From: Alphaproteobacteria bacterium
GTDB taxonomy: Bacteria > Pseudomonadota > Alphaproteobacteria > MPNO01 > UBA830
Direction of reading: 5' to 3'
Assembly (NCBI GenBank): GCA_965243135.1
Contig: OZ251539.1
Coordinates: 5,376,001 to 5,440,000, forward strand
Length of the DNA stretch: 64,000 bases
Shown here: positions 31,678-41,773 of the stretch, one piece after another
Layout: every line of letters begins with the position of its first letter
Numbering within the stretch: position 1 is the stretch's first letter
Made by a program: the position numbers and the translations under genes
The notes under the pieces: generated by a model
Seen by the model: only the letters and a program-made list of their open reading frames with translations
Databases searched by the model: none
Told to the model about the DNA's origin: nothing

Positions 31678-33306
31678 GGGTGCAAATCTGATATTGCCAA
31701 ATTGAAAAATCTATAAGGTGTTGATTTTTAAGGATTAACAAAGTTTGCGCGATAGCGCTTCAAGGCCAAAATCAGCGATTTCGTGACAAATCGCCGTTCC
31801 GGGCGCGGATTTTGTCACGATGGCGGGGGGGGGGGGGGGCGCGAAAAAAGGAATGCTCCAAGCCGCAAGATGCGGTAAAATGTTGGCATCAAACCACAAC
31901 ATCAGGAGCATTCCCATGCCAGCATTACAGCCTTCGGCCGGTTTGTCCATCGATTTCTCGAAGCTCCCCGCGGCGACTGCCGAGGCATTCCAGTCAGCCG
32001 CAGCCTTCGAGTGGGTGGAACGACAAGATCAGGGTTCCGAGGCGTTCGCCGGTTTCGAAACCGAGTTGTTCCAGCATACCTACGCGATCTGCCGGGCGGC
32101 CGTAGGCGATTACATTGAAGCGCGGGACGTGGAGGAAGGCCCGGTTCGCCGGGAGGGTCAGGTTTTCTACCGGGCTGCACCGACGCAAAAGACCATCCAC
32201 ACATTGTTCGGTCCTGTCACGTTCTCCCGCTCGCGGTATCGCGTGCATTCGGGAAGTTCGTCCATCTCGCCGGTCGATGAAAGCCTGGGGCTGGTCGACG
32301 GTTATCTCACGGTTCCAGCCGCTTACCGCGCTCTCCTGATCATGGACCACTGTACGCCGAGAGACGCGGTCAAACTCTTCGAAAAACTGGGGGGCATGAA
32401 CCCGTCGACGAGCCATCTGCAACGTCTTTTGGTTACGGCGGGCGATCTCTGGAAGGAGAAAGGCGAGGCGGCCATGGACGAAATCCGGAAGGCGAAACCG
32501 GTGCCGACGGAGGCGGTTTCTTTCGCTGTCTCGCTCGATGGGGTTGCGCTTCGCCCCAACGGGCGCGAAGAAGCATGCTGGCGCGAAGCGTCTTGCGGGA
32601 CGGTCAGTTTCCATGACGCGGACGGCAATCGCTTGGAAACATTGTATTTTTATGCCGGAAGCCGGCAAGGTAACGCTGAAAGCGCAGATCGCGGAAGAGG
32701 TCGCCCACATCCGGAAAGTGAGACCCGATCTTCAACTCGTCGCTGTCGCCGACGCCGCAGCCGACAACTGGACGTTTCTTGAGAGGCTTCAGCCCGACGA
32801 GCGGGCGATCGATTTCTTCCATGCATGCGAACATCTCAGCGACGTCGCCGACCATGCAGTCGCAACCGATTGGTACGACAAGTACCGTGCCATCCTGCGC
32901 GACGATGCCAACGGTATCGACAAGGTCATTCGGGCGATCCGCCATCTTCGCGACAAGGCGACGACTGCGACGGCACTCAAGGATCTCGAACGCGAACTCA
33001 GGTTTTTCCAGAAGCACAGGCGCCGCATGCGTTACGCGGCCCTGAATGCCATGGGTTACACGATCGGGTCGGGTGTTGTCGAAGCCGCCAACAAGGTGCT
33101 GGTCAACCAGCGCATGAAACGGGCCGGCATGCGTTGGAGCATCGAAGGCGGTCAGAACGTCCTCACCTTCAGGGCATTGATAAAGTCAGACCGATTCGAT
33201 TCGGCATGGCAAGCAATGGTCGGAGCAAGCATCGCGAACGACGATCAGGAGGCCATCGCAGCCTGACAATGGAAAACTTGACTTTGGCAATATGAGATTC
33301 ACACCC
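31678..33306 (+). mobile_element. ISKra4-like insertion sequence, copy 1 (frameshifted transposase ~31917-33266)
   Basis: 23-bp TIRs GGGTGCAAATCTGATATTGCCAA / GGGTGTGAATCTCATATTGCCAA; SLDG, ADAAADNW, DFFHACEHL, IGSGVVEAANK..V.QRMKRAGMRW. Confidence 0.9.
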
Positions 33307-33757
33307 TCCAGAACCAGGAATTTCCTTTTCGTTTCAACGGACCATTATACTTTTCCGGATCATAGCGTTGCACTGACGGGTTATTCAGTTTGCGATCCGT
33401 TAGCAAAAACCGGTATGCGGGCGGGCTGTACTTTGTGATCGCTTCCACCCAATAAACATTTCGTCCATCTACGATATCGCTCCATTTGAAAGTGAACTGA
33501 ATGTTTCCGTATATCGAACCGTCGTTCCATGTATTGGCAGAGAGCCAAGAGACACATAATCGAAATTTATTCAGCTTGCTTTGGTCGTGGATGAGGCTAG
33601 CGCGAATCCGCCCATCCTCAAGAATTCGCTGCGCTTCTCGCAAATGAGCAACATGATGGACGTGTCTCAGTTCATGGCAATCCTTTGCTGAATAACTCGG
33701 ACTGCACTTCGGCACATGACATGCGTACGAATTCCATTCTAGAGCTTTAGATAGCAT
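33307..33757 (-). pseudogene. 5' half of an ART/DarT-like protein; 3' half at 49909-50404
   Basis: GGAGG RBS; VHHVAHLREAQRILEDGRI, VSWLS; ends in the TSD at SWFW. Confidence 0.75.
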
Positions 33758-34081
33758 AGTACATACACCTCCGTTTCTAGTCAAGCACGATGTCATCACC
33801 TAATTCCTTTACAACGTTGCAAAATTTCATTTTGAAGAAGGTAGATAAAACAGCAAGCGATAGAAGAGCACAAGGAACCGGTCATCCAAATCCGCTCCGC
33901 ACCGTCGACGACTACCGGTGCCGCATCGTCATTTGTCCAAACGGCCCCTCGGACAAGCGGTCCAGCAGGAATTCTAAGGAGTCAAACTTCGGTTCATGAC
34001 GGTCATACTTTCCTCGGCGGAAGACACTATTCTCATCGTTGTGCTGTTAAGGATGCGGATCGAAGATTGACGTCAGGCATT

Positions 34082-34594
34082 TCATTCCTGCGGATTCGGA
34101 TAGTTATCCAATAGAATACGGGTGCCAGCATCGAGATGATCCTTCATCTCGTCATAAAACGCTTTTAAAAACTTTCTCGGGCATGTATTCCCAAGTAGAT
34201 CGCCCCTGCCGTCTTCGAACATATGCTGCCCGTTCGGTCGCCTCATCAGTGTATAGCGACCGGAACCCTCGTGGTACTGAATCTTGATTTCGATAGTCGG
34301 GGGTATCGTGATTTTAAGCAGCGCGCAGGCCAGCGCCTGCTTGTCCTCGGGAAGACGTTGGATGATCGCCATGTGAAGGTCGGAATCGAGTATCGTCCAT
34401 GTTGGCAATCCTCGACTCTGTGGATTGCCGATCTCGTTGTCCTCGGTGCCGTTCCAGCGATAGGCGATCCGCCGTTCCCCGTCCCATTCACCGATGGCGT
34501 AGGCGCCCTGCCCCGAACCTTTGTCCAAAAGGACATCGATCAGTTTCCAACGGGCTTTTGGCGAGATGACTTCGGCTGGTTTGATGTACGCCAT
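34082..34594 (-). CDS. hypothetical protein (RWNG...GNPQSRGLPTW motif)
   Basis: GGAGAG RBS, clean 170-aa low-GC ORF, co-oriented upstream of the ART-like gene. Confidence 0.75.
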   Translation of the reverse strand: MAYIKPAEVISPKARWKLIDVLLDKGSGQGAYAIGEWDGERRIAYRWNGTEDNEIGNPQSRGLPTWTILDSDLHMAIIQRLPEDKQALACALLKITIPPTIEIKIQYHEGSGRYTLMRRPNGQHMFEDGRGDLLGNTCPRKFLKAFYDEMKDHLDAGTRILLDNYPNPQE

Positions 34595-34899
34595 AACGGC
34601 TCTCCGCATTACCTCTGGGATGACAAAATCGCATAGGTATAGCGTTACGTCAACCCCTAGGTCAAATTTTTTTTCGCCCCTTCCAGTTTAAGCGCAAGAC
34701 GCTGGATATGGTGTCTGATCGACCGGTTGCCTCGAAATGTTGTGGAAAAATCAGGCGATGCGGACGGTGAGTGCAAAAATGGAGATTGGGATTGGGGCTA
34801 TAATTACTCGACCGACGACAGACGTTGCCAGAGCCACATGCTGAAGGAATCGGGCTAAGCGGCTCGGCTGCAACCCTACGATGATCAGCCGCGAACCGA

Positions 34900-35110
34900 T
34901 CCGCAACGCGAGCCCAGTGCAGCTTCAAGAGCCGACCGGCCAGCGACCGAGCGCCGCCACGCAGCGCAGCTTCGGCAGATGACCCCGGAGCGGTGGGGCG
35001 AGGAAAAGTTAGCCCCGCAGTAGAATCTGGAGCAGATTTCGGGACGCCTGCGCCTCGAGGGTCGAGCGGTCAGCCACGAGTGGATCTGCAGGCATGTGTG
35101 GAAGCGGCCT
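34900..35110 (+). pseudogene. IS30-family transposase remnant
   Basis: LEQISGRLRLEGRAVSHEWICRHVW resembles IS30 SPEQISGRL...SHETIY. Confidence 0.6.
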
Positions 35111-35237
35111 GCTTCACCGCGAAAGCAGCTGGAGGTCGCGGTCCTGCCGGTCGACGGTGCCGCCATGCAGTTGACCACGAGGGAGCCCTTGAAGCCAGAC
35201 AGTGCATCCTGCCAATCCGTTACGCGCTCGCCACGCG

Positions 35238-35831
35238 TCAACGGATGTGTAAGGCTCCGCGCCGACCGAACCCGGTCTGCACGTCCGGACGGCTTGCCGG
35301 CAGAGCGACAGCTCCGTTCCGAGCGGTCAGAGAAAAGGCTTCCGCCGTCCGCTCGAACACGCACCCGGCCCGATTCAAGGTGGCGTCGGGATCGCCGCTC
35401 GAATCCCGCGTCGAAATGGCGAGAACATGGCGCTCGAAGCCGGACATCAGTTCAACGAGCGCCTTCTCCGGCCAATCCACGGGCGCTTCGCCGATCCGCC
35501 AGCCGTCGAGATTCCCGCGGTATTTGTCGAAGATCTGTTTCACAAACCCGGAAACCGCTGGAACGAACGCCGCGGCGTCGCCGCGGACCACGCAGGTAAC
35601 GTGTGCGCTGAACCGGGCCATCGACCTTCGCCACCGCAGTTTCGGTGATCCCGCTTCTGTGAAGTCATGTCGGCCGCGTCCTGCTGTGCCGCTCAACGGC
35701 CGATTTCTTCGAGGAACGCCGCCTCGATCCGCGGCGGCCCCATTGCCGGCCGGATTGAAACTGCCGCTGTCCCACGCCTCGGTCGGCAACTGTCGACTCG
35801 CACGATCCTGCCGCAGTGCCTCGATCCACAC
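35238..35831 (-). pseudogene. decayed paralogue of the 23433-25166 gene
   Basis: RQLPTEAWDSGSF, TCVVRGD..FVP.V.G.VKQ and VLAISTRDSSGDPDATL align with the 23.4-kb gene. Confidence 0.8.
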
Positions 35832-35861
35832 CTGCCGACCGCCATATGGCCGCTAGAACCG

Positions 35862-36490
35862 TCATCGCCGCTTGACGCACATGCTCGACCCGCCCTCGCC
35901 GACCATCTCGCGAAGCGCCTGGAAAGTCGACATGGTGCCTTCCTCGGCGACGGAGAAGGCCGAGTAGACCTCGCTGGTGGCGTCGTCCATTGTGAGGATC
36001 CCACTGCCGACTGGGCGCCCACTCGTGGCGCGAGCCGTCCTGATGCAGCACCATGCCGGGTAGCGCACGCGCGGGCGCTTGCGCCGGTGAGCAGCGCGGT
36101 CCGCGTGGGCCGTGGGCCTGCAAGGTCAGCCGGACCCAGTTGTAGCTGCGCTGGACGCCACGGCAGGCGACCAGCTTCTCGTGAAAGTGCTTGGCGTTGA
36201 AGTCCCGAGTGTCGAACAACTCCAGAATCTGCACCACCTCCCCCGCGCCGGCGCGCCGAGATCCAGCCCGGGCGACGATCGTACAACCCTTCCGCGCCCT
36301 CCGCCTCGTCGCGCCAACGCCGGAAGGTGCGTTCCGAAACGCCCTCCTCCGCCTCGCCATGGCTCAACACCACAGGTGCGACACCTCTTCGAACTTCCTC
36401 AGTCCCTGCCACTGTTCGCCGCAGCCACCCCCTTGGTTTGGAAGCGTTCTAAGAGGGTACATGGACCGGACATATCGTCTGTTGCTGACA
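35862..36490 (-). mobile_element. ISNCY/IS481-like transposase remnant
   Basis: VSERTFRRWR, PGMVLHQDGSRHEW, MDDATSEVY...EEGTMSTF; TGT-starting end at 36490. Confidence 0.7.
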
Positions 36491-36860
36491 CTCGCCCCTT
36501 TCCCGAAGCGCGTCGCCAGGATGTCGTCGTGCAGCGAGGGCAAGAAATGTCCGTCCAGTTGCGCGGCAAGTCGAACGAGCCATCCGGTTGTTCTGGAGAA
36601 GCTCGTAGATTTGCTTCGGAAAGCCGCCTTGGGTCAGCTCTTCCGGGGGTCCCCTCTTGACGGGCAGGCTATCTCCGCCGGGGATGACCCAGAGCTTGTC
36701 CCTGCGGAGAAGTCCGAACGGATGTTCGGGATGGAGAACCTTGGGGAAGGTCCGAAATCGAGGAGCAGCTTTTTCAGCGGCCTCTCGTACGTTTCATCCG
36801 GATGCCTGCAAGAGGCGCTTGGGGCGATGCGCAGGTCGATTCGGCTCTGCCGGGCATTCG

Positions 36861-37729
36861 TCAGGTCCGCTGGGGCCGGCGCACGGAAATTGACGCCGCC
36901 TTCAACCCGAACCGAATCAGCGTGGCAACGGCGACAGGGAGGAGCCATGGGCCGAAAAAATGCCTCCGGAAATAGCGCAGAAAACCGCGCGTCTTGCACC
37001 ATTCCACCCATACCGGATTGGCATGGCTGGTGCCTCCGTGATGGACTGCCGTCACATGCGGCGCGAAATAGACAGGGATCTCCGCCCGATGCAACCGCAG
37101 GCAGAAATCCAGATCGTCCACGTGCAGAAAATAACCTTCGTCCATTCCGCCCACGGATCGATAGGTGCTTGTCGGCAACATCATGCACGCTCCGCTGATG
37201 ACAGGTACGCGCGTGGTTCGGTCGGGAAGCGGTTCCCGATGAAGATTGAGACGGCACCGCCGGAACGGCGCGAATCTATCCAGCCTTAAAGCTTCCACAA
37301 GGGCGGTGCGGGGCGTGAGAAGAGCGCGCCGCGTTGCGCGTTGCTCGCTTCCGGCGGCGTCGGTCAGGCGGCACCCGAGCAGCCAGTCGTCGCCGAGCTT
37401 CGACGCTTCGGTCAGTAGTGCGGGAATAGCGGCCGTCGCAAGGCGACAGTCAGGGTTCAGCAACAGGAGGTAACGGCCTTTGCTCTCTGCGGCACCGATA
37501 TTGCAGCCGCGCGCGAATCCGACGTTGCCGTGACCGGAAACGATCTTCAGCCGTGGTTCTACGGCCGACATGCATGTCAGCGCAGCGGCCACCGAATCCG
37601 GATTGCCATTGTTCACGAGAATCACTTCGTCCACGCCTCGTTGGTCGGCGGCGAGCACGGCCTCAATGGACTCGAACAGCACCCCCCCCCCGTCTGGTAC
37701 GAGACCATGACGACGCTTACCTCTTCCAC
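36861..37729 (-). pseudogene. GT2 glycosyltransferase, out of frame at a G10 tract
   Basis: VSVVMVSYQTG / ILVNNG, NVGFARGCNIG, LLLNPD, SGACMM, GGMDEGYFLHVDDLD; C10 at 37682-37691. Confidence 0.8.
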
Positions 37730-37957
37730 ACGTGCGCGACGCGCACGCCCCCCCTGCCCGACCGCTGTCGGGCCTGCTCCACGGTGATTTTCAGTCGCAC
37801 GCATGTTTTCTCCCTCAGCAGGGATATAGAGACCTCACGGCCGCCTCGCAATGGCGCGCTCAAAATATCCGGTTGTTGTTTTCGAGGAAGCCACCGGCTA
37901 TGTTCCCTTCCCTGTGTCTGTTCCGCTGGGCGGAATTCAACAACGGAAAGAAGATCG

Positions 37958-38230
37958 ATGGCGGGTTTTGACGAAAACCAACTCACGAAAGGCCACCTTC
38001 GCAAGCTTGAGGCATTGCGCAAGTCCCTCGGGACCGATATCGCCGACGAGGCGTTCGCGAAGTGGATCGCAAGGCAAAGCAAACCGGTTCCCGAAGATCG
38101 CAACGCCGCCGTAATGGCCAGTGCGCTCATGCAGTTGATCGAGCAGGGCAAGTTGAGCGTTCCGCGCGGAGGTTACCTCGTTCGCCGCGGCCGCGGCCGG
38201 GTGATCGTGGAACCCGCAAAGGAAGAGTAG
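37958..38230 (+). CDS. small hypothetical protein (90 aa)
   Basis: MAGFDENQLTKGHLRKLEALRKSLG...GYLVRRGRGRVIVE; protein-like composition, purine-rich leader. Confidence 0.65.
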   Translation: MAGFDENQLTKGHLRKLEALRKSLGTDIADEAFAKWIARQSKPVPEDRNAAVMASALMQLIEQGKLSVPRGGYLVRRGRGRVIVEPAKEE

Positions 38231-38259
38231 CGGCACGGCCTGCGGCGGCGGAAAACCAT

Positions 38260-38590
38260 TCCCCGGTCTCTGCGCCGACGAAGGCGGAACCCGGCTCGGC
38301 CGTCAGCTCCTCATCGCATAGCCGCTGTCGAGGCGCTTCTGCCCGAAATTCCGGTCCAGGCCGCGTACAGTGTGTGGCATCGCTGTGACATCGCTGTCGC
38401 GTAGTACACGAGCGGCTCACGGAACGCCGCGAAGGACGGCAACTGCACGTAATCTCTCGCCAGGCTGCGGTACGCCTTGTCGCCGCCGTGCCGCGGCTCC
38501 GCGCCGGTCTCCTGGAGCCCGCCTCAGCCCCCCGCGTCGCCGGGATCATCTCTTCTCCGGTCGTAGTACCGCCGCGGCAGGCCGTTGACA
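38260..38590 (-). pseudogene. heavily decayed copy of the central ardC region
   Basis: Gapped nucleotide similarity to ~39590-39930; EELTAEPGSAFVGAETG. Confidence 0.75.
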
Positions 38591-38740
38591 TGTCGCACCC
38601 TTACTCGTCGGCACGGGCTGAGGGCGTTCCTTGACGCCAGGCGGTTCTGACATGCAAGCGACACCGCCGAATCCCGAGAACCCCATCGCCCGGCCGAAAC
38701 CGCCGGATGAGGCGACCACGCTTTGCGAGGACGCCCGGCC

Positions 38741-38950
38741 CTACGCAGGATTCTCCGGCAGGTGCTGCGGAGCCCAGCTCCACTCGGCAACCACGAGGTC
38801 CGCCAACTCCGCGCAGGACGACACCGCCGTCATCCCGCTGGCGTGCCACCGGACGACGGCGTCATGTCCGCGGATTTCGACCACCTCGCCGTGATCGTCC
38901 CACTCGCCGCCCTCGAAGATCTGCACCTTCGTCCCGATGTCGAGCTTCAT
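38741..38950 (-). CDS. small SH3/Tudor-like hypothetical protein downstream of ardC
   Basis: GGAGAGG RBS; IGTKVQI...GEVVEI....VVRW beta-barrel pattern. Confidence 0.6.
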   Translation of the reverse strand: MKLDIGTKVQIFEGGEWDDHGEVVEIRGHDAVVRWHASGMTAVSSCAELADLVVAEWSWAPQHLPENPA

Positions 38951-38967
38951 TTCCGCCTCTCCCGCGC

Positions 38968-40332
38968 CTACGCCGACACGCCGTAGCTTCGGGCGTGCGC
39001 CCGCTGCGCCGCCCGCTCGGCGTCCTTTTCCTCAAGGGCGCCCTGCCGCTCCGTTCCTTCCTTTCCGGCGCTCCGCTCGCAGCCCGCCCGGAACAGGTCG
39101 TCGCCGGTCCTGCAGATGCGGTCGCCGGCTTCGAGCGCGGCGGTCCCTTCGGAATTCCGGACGAGGAGACTGACCGCGTCCTCCCCCGCGCCGCCGGCCT
39201 CGACCACGAAATCCTCGACCACGGCCTCGACCGCGCGCCGGCCGGCGACCGAGGGCCACGGCCCGGCGCGGACCTCTTCGGTCCACCGGATAAGGTCGCC
39301 GCGGACGAGGTCGTCCGGTCCCGCCAAAGCGCGCGCCGGGACGCCCCGGAACAGCTCCCCCTGCACCGCCGGCTCCGCGGTCACCGACGGCGTCGTCCCC
39401 ACTGCGACCGTCTCTTCCCGGGTTTCCTCCAGGGTCTCCGTCCGCCGGTAGCCCTCGGTCAGCCCGCTCAGGAACTCGGCCGCCTTCGCGGCGTGCGACG
39501 CCGCCGTGAAGAAGGCTTTCTTGTCGTCCTTCATCACCGCCATCCAGGCGCCGATGTAGGCCGCGTGGTCCTCGCGCACCTCCGGCGCGACCCCCGTCTC
39601 GGCGCCGACGAAGGCGGAACCCAGTTCGGCCGTCAGCTCCTCCATCGCGTAGCCGTTGTCGCCGAAGCGCTTCTGCCCGAAATTCCGGTCCAGCCGGTCC
39701 GGATGCCGCGTCCAGTGGGTGATCTCGTGCATCGCCGTCGCGTAGTAGCCGAGCGGCTCCCGGAACGCCGCGAAGGACGGCAACTGCACGTAATCGCCAG
39801 CCGGGCTGTAGTACGCCTTGTCGCCGCCGTGCCGCAACTCCACGCCGGTCGCCTGGAGCCACGCCTCCGCCCCCTCGATCCGCGCCGCCGGGCTCATCTC
39901 TTCCGACTTCCGCTCGTAGTACTGTTGCGGCAGGCTGTCGATCTGGGCGACGTTGAAGACGGTGTAGCCCTTCATGACCGGAACTTCCTTCTCCTCCTCG
40001 ATTCCGGTCTCGGGATCGACCTCCTTCTTCGTCCAGGTCTTGGCGAAGGTGACGAGGACGCCTTTTTCGCCCTTGCGGACATTGCCGCCGAGTTCCTGCG
40101 CCTGACGGTAGGTCATCCAGGTGGGCTTGTCGTAGCCGCGCTCGGAGGCGGCGGACCAGAGGAGAACGACGTTGGTGCCGCGGTAGGGTTCGCCGTTGTG
40201 GCGGAGGGGCAGGGTCGGAGCTGGCTTCTCGGCCTCCACGCCGGTCTCCCACGGGCGTTGCCACGGGCGCACGCCTTTTTCGAGCTGCGCCAGGATCGTG
40301 TCGGTGACCTCCTGGTAGATGTCTCTCGCCAT
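38968..40332 (-). CDS. ardC: ArdC antirestriction/ssDNA-binding protein with zincin metallopeptidase domain and C-terminal extension
   Basis: DIYQEVTD.I...LEKG..PW.RPW, YRGTN, WMTYRQAQELGGNVRKGEKG, VFNVAQ, HEITHWT, YAMEELTAELGSAF. Confidence 0.93.
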   Translation of the reverse strand: MARDIYQEVTDTILAQLEKGVRPWQRPWETGVEAEKPAPTLPLRHNGEPYRGTNVVLLWSAASERGYDKPTWMTYRQAQELGGNVRKGEKGVLVTFAKTWTKKEVDPETGIEEEKEVPVMKGYTVFNVAQIDSLPQQYYERKSEEMSPAARIEGAEAWLQATGVELRHGGDKAYYSPAGDYVQLPSFAAFREPLGYYATAMHEITHWTRHPDRLDRNFGQKRFGDNGYAMEELTAELGSAFVGAETGVAPEVREDHAAYIGAWMAVMKDDKKAFFTAASHAAKAAEFLSGLTEGYRRTETLEETREETVAVGTTPSVTAEPAVQGELFRGVPARALAGPDDLVRGDLIRWTEEVRAGPWPSVAGRRAVEAVVEDFVVEAGGAGEDAVSLLVRNSEGTAALEAGDRICRTGDDLFRAGCERSAGKEGTERQGALEEKDAERAAQRAHARSYGVSA

Positions 40333-40559
40333 CGGCTCCTTCTTTCCGGCCCCGCGGCGCGAACGGGACGAGGGAAACTACTACGCTCTTCCGGCGACAG
40401 AAAAAAGGTTTGCAACCGGTCGCCGGGACGCGCGCGCTGCGGCCGCGGCGTCTGCGGAGTTTCGCGAAACCGGCGAACCCTTGCGTTCCGTGCGGACCTC
40501 TGTCCGTGCCGCAGCGACCGTTACTTGTTGTCGGCTTTTACCTGCCATTCTTCCGCCAT

Positions 40560-40873
40560 GCGTTGCGCGCCCGAGTTCCGATTTCGACAGAAGCCCCGCG
40601 ATGCCATCGCGCAACTCGACAGCCTTCTCGCGTTCCTCGCCGGCCAGCCGGGAGGCGGCCAAGTTCATCCATACATGCGCTCGAAAGTAGTTCTGGGGAA
40701 CGCCCACGCCGAGGAAGTACATGCTCCCAAGCCTGCGCTGAGCCCCGGCGTGTCCCTGTTCGGCGGCGCGGCGAGGCCAGTTCGTTAATTCCGCGTCATC
40801 CGTTTGAACTGTCGCCGAACCGGCCGACGCCGCCAAAACGAGCGCAAGAACGAGAAAAACCTTCTGACTGCCC
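40560..40873 (-). pseudogene. decayed Sel1-repeat gene hit by IS66
   Basis: KVFLVLALVLA leader similar to the 25551 gene; RAAEQGHAGAQRRLGSMY..GVGVPQNY.RAHVWMNLAA. Confidence 0.7.
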
Positions 40874-40900
40874 GTAAGCGTTCGGTCGTGGGGTGATGGC

Positions 40901-41773
40901 CTATTCATTGAGGAGCCGCCTCCAGTCCCGGCGCAGGGGTTTCAGCCAGATGTCCTTGACCGGGAGAGCGCGTTCTTTCCGGGTATCGAGCTTGCCGCGG
41001 CCCTGCGTTTTGCCGACCTTGGTCCAGTTGGCGGCCCGGTAGCAGGTTCCTTCGAAGCGCGTGCTCTCGCAGAAGGTCTCCATCAGGGCCGGGCGCAACG
41101 CGTAGCGGCCTTCCCAATCGTCGGGCAGGCGACATTCAACCATGGCAAGGATGCAGGACGCGAGGTTTTTGATCCGGACCCACGGCAAGATCAGGAACCT
41201 TGCATTGTTGACCACGAGAGGCAGGTTGCGGCGGCGGGTCTCGGGATCCCACCCGACAAGCTTGTCCCGCGGCGCGATCTTCCAGGCCGCGGCGCCGAAG
41301 CCGAGGACGGCGAGGGGTTCGCCTCCGGCGGCCCGAACGAAGTATCGCATCTGCGCGCCGGGCAGCGTCGAATAGCCGAGATAGTGGTAGCGAGCGACGA
41401 ACTCGTTCCAGAGGCGGCCTTCGCCCGCGTTCCGGACGGGCTCAACGGCGACGGGTTGGATATCGGCGAGACGCTCGGGGGTCGGGAACGGGGGCCTGTC
41501 GGTCGCGGGACCGGGCACGAGCGGACGGCGGACGACCGGCGCGCGCCTTGGCGGCGGCAAGACGATCACGCCGTCGCGATGCATGCGCAACATGGCGACG
41601 CGCGCGCTCATATCCTTTAGGCCGCCGTCGGGCTTGCGCCAGTCGAGGCGGCGGCAGACCTCCCGCGACAGCGCCCGGCGGTGGAGGCCGCCCCTCGCGA
41701 TCAGGCCGCGGATCATGTCGACCTCGTCCTCGGAGAAGTCGCGCCCGCAGTAGCGGCGGGGGCTGCCGCTCAC
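40901..41773 (-). CDS. DUF4338 (DruA-like) protein
   Basis: WNEFVARYHYLGY..LPGAQMRY, RD..VGW, VNNARFLILPWV, ETF...F.GTCYRAANW..VG.TQGRG; GTG overlaps the TnpC stop. Confidence 0.88.
   Translation of the reverse strand: MSGSPRRYCGRDFSEDEVDMIRGLIARGGLHRRALSREVCRRLDWRKPDGGLKDMSARVAMLRMHRDGVIVLPPPRRAPVVRRPLVPGPATDRPPFPTPERLADIQPVAVEPVRNAGEGRLWNEFVARYHYLGYSTLPGAQMRYFVRAAGGEPLAVLGFGAAAWKIAPRDKLVGWDPETRRRNLPLVVNNARFLILPWVRIKNLASCILAMVECRLPDDWEGRYALRPALMETFCESTRFEGTCYRAANWTKVGKTQGRGKLDTRKERALPVKDIWLKPLRRDWRRLLNE

Noticed and set aside
40901-41773. Druantia defence system
   Set aside because: No DruE helicase or other dru genes; DUF4338 lies within IS boundaries.
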